Assembly (NCBI GenBank): GCA_032718475.1
Contig: JAUCBJ010006471.1
Location: 5,973 to 69,972, forward strand
Direction of reading: 5' to 3'
DNA: 64,000 nt
Source of the DNA: Nemertoderma westbladi
Taxonomy: Eukaryota > Animalia > Xenacoelomorpha
Shown one piece after another: positions 60,001-64,000 of the stretch. The position numbers and the translations under genes are program-made. Each line of letters starts with the position of its first letter. The stretch's first letter is position 1. The notes under the pieces were generated by a model. That model ran no database searches. It saw only the letters and a list, made by a program, of their open reading frames with translations, and had not been told where the DNA came from.

Positions 60001-60259
60001 TGCTGAAAGTTGCGGTGTTTTTTGGCAGAGGTCCTGTGGTATTTCCGTTATATTACTATTCGATAGCGTCCTAAATAAATAAATAAATAAAATTAATTTG
60101 TGAAGCCTGTAGTGACAGTTATTTAAAATATCAGACCACAAAACAATAAAATATACTTTGCTGCATTCGACGTGGAAGAAGTCAACTTACAATTTTTGTA
60201 ATGAAATGCATCCTTTCAAGTCTGGGAATTCTGTCTGGTTGTCAATAAACAACAAATCC
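9770..60259 (-). CDS. rk: Type-B leucine-rich repeat GPCR (rickets/LGR2 bursicon-receptor-like), multi-exon, 5'-partial; join(60191-60259,59930-60070,48531-48746,47860-48004,29842-29973,29444-29516,28698-28850,17293-17573,16367-16858,9770-9978)
   Basis: Exons are bounded by AG/GT with matching phases and give a continuous frame: LRRs (EFPDLKGCISLQKL-TLSNSNITEIPQDLC), hinge YPYHCC...CLPEQDPFTPCDDLMG, TM3 SELSVWILTAITIER, ICL3 YCTVRGSPSWNSHDSTIAKRM, TM7 PVNSCANPFLYAIVTKQFKKD. These motifs closely resemble arthropod rickets as I recall it; orthology is inferred, not tested by a tree. Confidence 0.9.
10397..10955 (+). mobile_element. RTE-clade LINE 3' fragment
   Basis: FQYLGS...KLFRATAESVFLYGVETW...RLRFSGHCWR...GRP; close match to 40400-41000 on the opposite strand. 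Confidence 0.85.
11100..11820 (-). mobile_element. Degraded RTE LINE endonuclease/RT fragments (same family as 40362-43394)
   Basis: IAGNL..QIGPED, NRNGCLLLDLME; nucleotide similarity to 42650-43020 and 41240-41440. Confidence 0.7.
12000..13307 (-). mobile_element. CRE-clade non-LTR retrotransposon, 5'-truncated (zinc finger plus restriction-like endonuclease)
   Basis: ORF 12096-13286: WLDAIP, CARCG...HGLSC, RHSMVNDIV, EPLGLCRGDGKRVDGVTLVPW..G..LTWDATV; GC-rich island with poly-C after the stop. Confidence 0.85.
13968..14827. mobile_element. Fold-back MITE, ~860 bp with ~400-bp inverted arms
   Basis: CCCTTAATACAA...TTGTATTAAGGG; arms are reverse complements around a ~40-bp spacer near 14373-14412; TTA on both flanks. 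Confidence 0.9.
15235..15999. repeat. 23-bp G-rich minisatellite, ~33 copies
   Basis: Unit tttggggagtatggggagcgatg, very homogeneous. Confidence 0.98.
16367..16858 (-). CDS. rk: LGR exon, TM3-TM6
   Basis: 492 bp, tag|...|gttaga, phase 0-0; TTGFIGVLSSELSVWILTAITIER...CLPFD...AKRMSVLVLTNFACWAP. Confidence 0.95.
17078..17185 (+). ncRNA. Pol III/tRNA-like unit containing a type I hammerhead ribozyme
   Basis: A box TGGCTGAGCTGG (17094-17105); HHR core CTGATGA-ggcct gtt aggcc-GAAA-cg ta cg TA (17115-17146); B box GGTTCAACCCC (17153-17163); complementary ends; T-run at 17180-17185. Confidence 0.78.
17108..17152 (+). ncRNA. Type I hammerhead ribozyme, predicted cleavage after GUA at 17146
   Basis: All core nucleotides present; stem I agcg(c)ta/tacgct, stem II 5 bp, minimal palindromic stem III acgtacgt. 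Confidence 0.85.
17293..17573 (-). CDS. rk: LGR exon, FxPCxD motif plus TM1-TM2
   Basis: 281 bp, cag|...|gtattt; DPFTPCDDLMGPMWLRAGIW...PRFLVTNLAAADFLMGIYL. Confidence 0.95.
18877..21742 (-). mobile_element. Degraded RTE-clade LINE (second family) with (GTA)n tail
   Basis: LDHIL/SDHR endonuclease remnant, PVPKKGNL..GISL, QNGF, DFADD, YLGS, LLYGSQCW; tactactac tail at ~18877-18892. Confidence 0.85.
20679..21237 (-). mobile_element. 5'-truncated RTE copy nested in an element of the same family
   Basis: Near duplicate of 18895-19460; own tac tail; 12-bp TSD tgccttaacctt at 20667-20678 and 21238-21249. Confidence 0.88.
22208..23913 (+). mobile_element. CRE-clade non-LTR retrotransposon, deleted and frameshifted, with poly(A) tail and TSD
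   Basis: WYADD, GYFPEPSKS, RFLGG, LPVRHGGLG, CEGCG..HALSC..GGLVIRRHNE, RADL; 16-bp TSD aagattttaccaacaa at 22192-22207 and 23914-23929. Confidence 0.9.
25915..26256 (-). pseudogene. Lys/Arg/Ser/Gly-rich protamine-like ORF (possibly disrupted)
   Basis: MEKRRRKKWKGSKKGKKKGKKSRSRSRRGKGSRSRSHRGK...; after an in-frame TGA the frame continues SRGRGRRAECMKVKFMKKLAKEE... Confidence 0.45.
26692..26837. mobile_element. Small inverted-repeat element
   Basis: tattatattgtgcatgatgta / tacattatatacaatataata outer arms and cacatcggtccc / gggaccggcgtg inner arms. Confidence 0.55.
28698..28850 (-). CDS. rk: LGR exon, hinge end (NNFDGVFG...SDITCLPEQ)
   Basis: 153 bp, tag|...|gtagga, phase 1-1; joins next exon to give CLPEQDPFTPC. 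Confidence 0.88.
29444..29516 (-). CDS. rk: LGR exon, hinge (ILGNALNYSGAPTIISFNVEGGYY)
   Basis: 73 bp, cag|...|gtgagt, phase 0-1; needed to bridge the phases of the neighbouring exons. Confidence 0.8.
29842..29973 (-). CDS. rk: LGR exon, hinge start (YPYHCCIFNELNEK...DLTPM)
   Basis: 132 bp, ttttag|...|gtaagt, phase 0-0; YxYHCC cysteine box. Confidence 0.92.
30960..32860 (-). mobile_element. CR1/L2-group LINE, 5' half (ORF1 plus APE endonuclease), frameshifted and 3'-truncated
   Basis: ORF1 pieces 32413-32826 and 31811-32416 (IFVSRF...WPKDILVK); endonuclease FLQETWL, GRPHGGLAILW, IYMP, DFNAD, WLDHF, DHMP. Confidence 0.82.
32864..34525 (-). mobile_element. pogo/Tigger-like DNA transposon, 3'-truncated by the LINE
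   Basis: Psq HTH (AAEQFGVPRSTI, GRPTYLT), CENP-B HTH, DDE_1 motifs IFNCDESG, SGWMD, YDGHMSH, HLLQPLDVGIF; one frameshift; TIR-like GTAGGGTAGTACGGGG next to TA at 34526. Confidence 0.9.
35040..35223. mobile_element. pogo-related MITE
   Basis: Inverted ends gagtagagtacatcggggccatt / gagtagggtatatggggcaatt, similar to the pogo terminus. Confidence 0.6.
35398..36235 (-). pseudogene. Myb/SANT-like DNA-binding protein (MSANTD/Harbinger accessory type), split reading frame
   Basis: RNKNL..TKLFFLNLY...VWKEITGQINA...RYNDL...HSGGGP; second ORF 35398-35730 lies beyond a (TATC)n microsatellite. Confidence 0.6.
36685..37977 (+). mobile_element. Merlin (IS1595/ISXO2-like) DNA transposon, internally deleted
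   Basis: TIR GGTACTAGTGTG...CACACTAGTACC with long inverted subterminal arms; 9-bp TSD aaaaatatc/aaaaatatg; ORF 37091-37552 CLCG...WRCPRPC...IRKGSFF...KIGGSGHIVEVDE. Confidence 0.9.
38904..38929. promoter_or_regulatory. Perfect 26-bp palindrome centred on a cAMP-response element (TGACGTCA)
   Basis: ctgcacgagtgacgtcactcgtgcag; function unproven. Confidence 0.4.
39120..40180 (-). mobile_element. Old CRE-clade retrotransposon remnant
   Basis: EGLYQGDP, WYLDNG, INPSKCEL, LGAPI, and an endonuclease-region remnant IPWSHGKTITLDITVVD. Confidence 0.75.
40362..43394 (-). mobile_element. Near full-length degraded RTE-clade LINE
   Basis: 5' UTR, APE pieces (GDLNAQIG, QLNYIL, SDHR), RT ORF 40958-42079 (NYRGICLL, DFKKAFDS, GVLQGD, FADD, YLGS) and C-terminal ORF 40502-40867. 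Confidence 0.9.
43420..44230 (+). mobile_element. Degraded CR1/L2 RT fragment
   Basis: NYRPISLLPVLMKIF and KAFDIINH remnants. Confidence 0.65.
44235..45703. mobile_element. piggyBac-type non-autonomous element with internal ~170-bp subrepeats
   Basis: TTAA|CCCTATTA...TAATAGGG|TTAA; ggggtcaatatgacccc hairpin near both ends; five copies of caaactt...ttggtgcyagcacc block. Confidence 0.88.
46116..46620. repeat. 21-bp minisatellite, ~24 copies, next to Merlin-like subterminal sequence
   Basis: Unit tcttgtgcgcacaacttagta; followed by aactagctagtataaaaa and tgttctagaac motifs shared with 36685-37977. Confidence 0.95.
46918..47205. repeat. ~15-bp degenerate tandem repeat
   Basis: Unit gatatttttactctc. 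Confidence 0.9.
47381..47880. repeat. 50-bp minisatellite, 10 copies, spanning an exon/intron junction
   Basis: Unit gggaaggcattgattgcatcatcacttactgttaggtgYaactcctttaa. Confidence 0.98.
47860..48004 (-). CDS. rk: LGR exon, last LRRs (DLSETFFPKFP...NNRNMIEFPAPKQLPSIKELHLT)
   Basis: 145 bp, cag|...|gtaagt, phase 2-0; its 3' end lies in the outermost copy of a 50-bp repeat. Confidence 0.9.
48531..48746 (-). CDS. rk: LGR exon, 3 LRRs (HLIGNRIKTIPNYTFSNCRYLLDLTLSDNLIETL...AFRSKSKLRYL)
   Basis: 216 bp = 3x24 aa LRR, aag|...|gtaagt, phase 2-2. Confidence 0.92.
48888..57785. repeat. 16-bp satellite, ~8.9 kb, with higher-order structure
   Basis: Unit ccgtgtatgatttata with recurrent variants (ttggac, ccatgt, ctgtgt). 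Confidence 0.99.
57782..59384 (-). mobile_element. Unique 1.6-kb insertion in the satellite, LTR-like
   Basis: Interrupts the array; TG...CA ends (TGATAGG...TTTAACA); no clean TSD and no recognisable domain. Confidence 0.4.
59385..59785. repeat. Continuation of the 16-bp satellite
   Basis: Same unit resumes after the insertion. Confidence 0.98.
59930..60070 (-). CDS. rk: LGR exon, 2 LRRs (TLSNSNITEIPQDLC...CNCEKLQIL)
   Basis: 141 bp, tag|...|gtaagt, phase 2-2; overlaps ORF 59926..60141. Confidence 0.92.
60191..60259 (-). CDS. rk: LGR exon, LRR (DLLFIDNQTEFPDLKGCISLQKL)
   Basis: 69 bp, tag| acceptor, |gtaagt donor, phase 2-2. Confidence 0.88.
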
Positions 60260-60550
60260 CTATAAATAAATAAGCAAATTGTAAATACAGTAAGCCTATA
60301 CTGCACTGTATGTATACACTGCTATGCATCAATACATGTAATAGGACTATTTAGTCGAGTCAATCTATCAAAAAACCCATAAGTATTTCGCAATCAATCC
60401 GAACCACACATTTTGGATTCTATATTACCTTATTAATGACCAAAAGAAGTCTATAAAATTTTATTTTGCGGATCATATGTTTATTCATGGAAATTCTGCG
60501 TAAATGTGCATAACACAAGCCAAACAAAAGGAACAGTAGGGAAAAGTAAG

Positions 60551-63500
60551 TGTGACGGGATCCGACAGGATCCCGGTTTATCCGGTGTTGTTTCGTACGC
60601 GTCAGCCGCACCGTGTGATAGAAAAGGAGTTTGTTGTTCCAGTATAGATATAATGTAGATATATAGATATGTAGGTATGATAACAGATAGCGCCAATGAC
60701 TGAATAGATGACCGGTAATATGGGTGACGGCGGTGACGGTCTTGACTGTCACCGTACTACCTGACTGTACTGGGATAACTACTACAATGACGTGATGACA
60801 GGTAATATATACTGCACGGGTTGGCCTCATTGCATTACCCAGTCGATGCTTCCCCCCTGATTGGCTAATATCCTTGTTGGCACCCTTTGGAGTGTTCCCG
60901 TTCACTCCAGCTACTCTCCCTCTGTTAGGGGTTTGGCCCCTGACCCTTATTGTGTGTTTCTCCTTCCCACTTTGTTGGGGTGACACGAGTTATTGGTTAC
61001 CCAATCTCGTGGCCCCCAATATTGCTTAACGGTTGACTTTATGGGTTTGTGTTAGCGGAATTGAATAAGCTAACACTCCCCCCCATGCTATCTTCCCGGT
61101 AAGAAGATAGCATCCAACTAAAGTGCGCTACAATTCCGCTGGATCCCGATCTAGTATCGGGTGTGGGGTGGGTCTATTTTCTTTCGGAGCCGGCTTTCCA
61201 GGCCGCTCCCTATGGGTATGATGTCACTACCCTCTGGCGTCTCGTGTCGGGCCGATCGTGCGCTTCTCTCACACAATTTTTGTTTCCCCGGCACTCTCAC
61301 CACTCTAGCTCCGCTCTCTAACTCAACTCCCCAGTCTTACTCTCTCCCCACACCTGAATCGCACTCTAACTTCTCTCCATACTCCTCTCACTATCTCCTC
61401 TCTACCACTCTCTAAGGCCCTAATCTCTAATGCTACCCCTGTGCTATCATACTATCTGCCTACTACTTACTTGCTAACTATCTAACTATCTTACTTTCTA
61501 CTAACTCTCCGACTCTAACTAGCTCTACTAAGTCTAACTAACTCCTACTAACTCTCTACTTCTACTAACTCTACTTGACTCCTCTAAGTCTACCAACTCT
61601 CTAGCCCTCTAACTAGAACTCCCTAACTCTACCCACTCTTCTAACTACGTGGCGCTTGCGGTGCCCACAACCACTCTACTATCTGGCACCCTATGTGCCC
61701 TTCTACTACTCAACTACCTCTCTAACTCTACTACCTGGCACCCTATGTGCCCTCTCTGCTCTACTCTACTACCTGGCACCCTATGTGCCCTCTCTACTAC
61801 CTCTAACACTCTAACTCTACCTCACCCTCTGGCACCCTATGTGCCCTCTCTACTACTCTACTCTCTGGCACCCTATGTGCCCTCTCTACTACCTCTAACA
61901 CTCTACTCTACTACCTGGCACCCTATGTGCCCTCTCTACCACTCTACTCTATCTCTAACTTACTTCCTTTACATCTACTCCCTTTACATCTACTCGCCTA
62001 CACGTGACGCTCTGAATGCCGGCAGAGTGGGTACGTTAATCATGTGAACTACTACTAACTCTTACTAACTCTACTAACTCTCTACTAACTCTTACTAACT
62101 CTACTACTAACTCTACTACTAACCTCTCCCACTAACTCACTACTCCTTTTGTGCCCGGCACCTCTTGTGCCCGGCACCCACCCTAATTAACATACCCTGC
62201 TCTTACATCAAACACGTCATCACGCCCGTGCCCCACTAAGTTCAACGCATTCCCTACTAACTCTAACTACGTGGCGCTTGCGGTGCCCACAACCACTCTG
62301 CTTACTACTTCCTACGTGGCGCTTACGGTGCCCACAACCCTCTACTGCTCTACTCCTTTCTACGTGGCGCTACTACGGTGCCCTCTTACCCTCTACTGCT
62401 CTACTAACTTTCTAACTAACGGTACTACGTACCCTCTTACTAACTCTAACTCTCTCTACTAGCTAACGGTACTACGTACCCTCTCACTAACTCTAACTCC
62501 ACTAACTAACGGTGCTACGTACCCTCTAACTACTCTCTAACTAACGGTACTACGTACCCTCTAACTCTTACTCTAACTAGCGGTACTACGTACCCTCTTA
62601 ACTAACTAACTAACTAACTCTCTCGGTACTACGTACCTCCTAACTAACTAACTAATTAACTCTCCCGGTACTACGTACCTCCTAACTAACTTCTACCTAC
62701 TTTATTATTTAATTATTTTATTGTTTTTAATTAAATAATTATTTTATATTTTATGCGTGGGAAGGGCATCTCGCCCTCATTCCCACCCCCCTCAGTCCAA
62801 AACTTTGGACGACTAAAAACTCTCACGTGCCCCTTCTTCCAGTAGGCACTCTCCTGCTGCCCTCCTATACGTCCTCTAACTCTTCGCCACACTCTCTTCG
62901 GTGCTACCTTTGCTGGCCTCCCCCTTCGTATGTGCGCTGGCATTAAAGCCCTCGACGACCCCCGATCGTCCCTTGGTATACACGGCGTCCGCCCATGTAA
63001 TGCCCCCTCGCACTGTGTCAGTCCTGCGTGCGTATGCAACACGCCTCCGACTCCTTTATGTTTGCTCATGGGCCTCTCTGCCCCTGGTTTAGTCCTTTCA
63101 CATCCTCTCTCTTTCCAACACTCTCCGGATCTGTGTCCTTTTACCACACATCGATGACATAGTCCGTTTGCGTCTGTGTAGGCTACACGATCTCGTTTGG
63201 GCAACGCTTGCCAGTACTTACAACTCCTGGTCTCATGGGTTCCGTCCCGATGTAATTGACATTGGAATCCTGGATTATAGCGTTTCCTGTATAGTCCTTC
63301 ACGTATCGCGCTTAGGTTTATATGTACCGATTTAATGTTTCGATTGTCTAGACTCGGCCTACTGGGTATATTGGGATTGTGTTTATTTTTGGTGTTATTT
63401 TCTTCCTGTCCCCGCCACGGTGTGGCCCTTGCTACCAGCTAACTGTGGACTAGCAGTCCCCTGTATGGCCGCGTGTGGTAGCGACTGCCCGCACGACCTG

Positions 63501-63574
63501 TTCTCGTCCAGGGAGTTCGATGTTCTTGCTCCTATCGGGGTATATTGTCGATATTGTCATGGGGGAATGTCACC

Positions 63575-63618
<44 letters not shown>

Positions 63619-64000
63619 CCGGTATGCTTGGTACTGGGGTTGATGTTAATACATTGGGGCCCATACGTCTATCTCCAATAACTCCCCCCTCCCCTGGATA
63701 TATGTTATGTCCCTGTGTATTATAGTCATGCTGCTGTACCGATATAGGCCTACCCACCTCTCGCCTACCTACCGGTATGTGCTCCGCGGCTTCCGGGTTT
63801 AATCCCGTCGTTCGCGCTACCCCATCGCCTACTCTATCTCTCCCAGCATGGCCTATAATAGTATGTGCAGTAAGGCCCACAGTATGTCCTGCAGTCTGCA
63901 TGTGCCTCTTCCGAACCGAAGTTTATTCTTCGCGAATCTCGAATCTCCCCGCGACTACCATGCACTCTCGATCGGCAGCTATATCCCGTCGGGAAGCTTC
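60551..64000 (-). mobile_element. Gag-only (pol-less) LTR element, 5' part off window; putative 3' LTR 60551-61075
   Basis: Frame 62731-63438 encodes Pao-like knuckles CQLHRDGTHETRSC...LCHRCVVKGHRSGEC; no pol follows; PPT GGGGGGGAG directly before TGTTAG at 61075; distal LTR end (TCACA at 60551) is tentative. Confidence 0.65.
61300..62700 (+). repeat. Low-complexity C/T/A tract with ~18 embedded short hairpin motifs
   Basis: ggcaccctatgtgccc x6 plus 1 variant, cggtactacgtacc x7, gtggcgcttRcggtgccc x4. Confidence 0.9.

Noticed and set aside
61640-62690. Repeat-spacer pattern reminiscent of a CRISPR array
   Set aside because: Eukaryotic context, 13-16-bp repeats, low-complexity mutually related spacers and no cas genes.

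Overview
Eukaryotic (AT-rich, probably invertebrate metazoan) genomic DNA. It is dominated by one spliced minus-strand gene, a type-B leucine-rich-repeat GPCR (rickets/bursicon-receptor-like, LGR4/5/6 group). Ten exons with GT-AG sites and compatible phases (60259 down to 9770) join into one frame covering the C-terminal LRRs, the hinge and 7TM; the N-terminal exons lie beyond the right edge and the last exon(s) are uncertain. The introns are packed with mobile DNA: BEL/Pao-type LTR elements lacking RT/IN, CRE, RTE and CR1/L2 non-LTR remnants, Sola, pogo, Merlin and piggyBac-type DNA elements, a fold-back element, and several satellites including a 9 kb 16-bp array. The most notable observations are: (1) a ~110-nt Pol III/tRNA-like unit with a complete type I hammerhead ribozyme between its A and B boxes (17078-17185); (2) an array of ~18 isolated GGYRC-loop-GTRCC hairpins where pol should be in a gag-only LTR element; (3) a 50-bp minisatellite that copies an exon end plus its 5' splice site ten times; (4) a protamine-like ORF apparently inside a Sola transposon. 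All family calls come from recognising motifs by eye; no database search was run.
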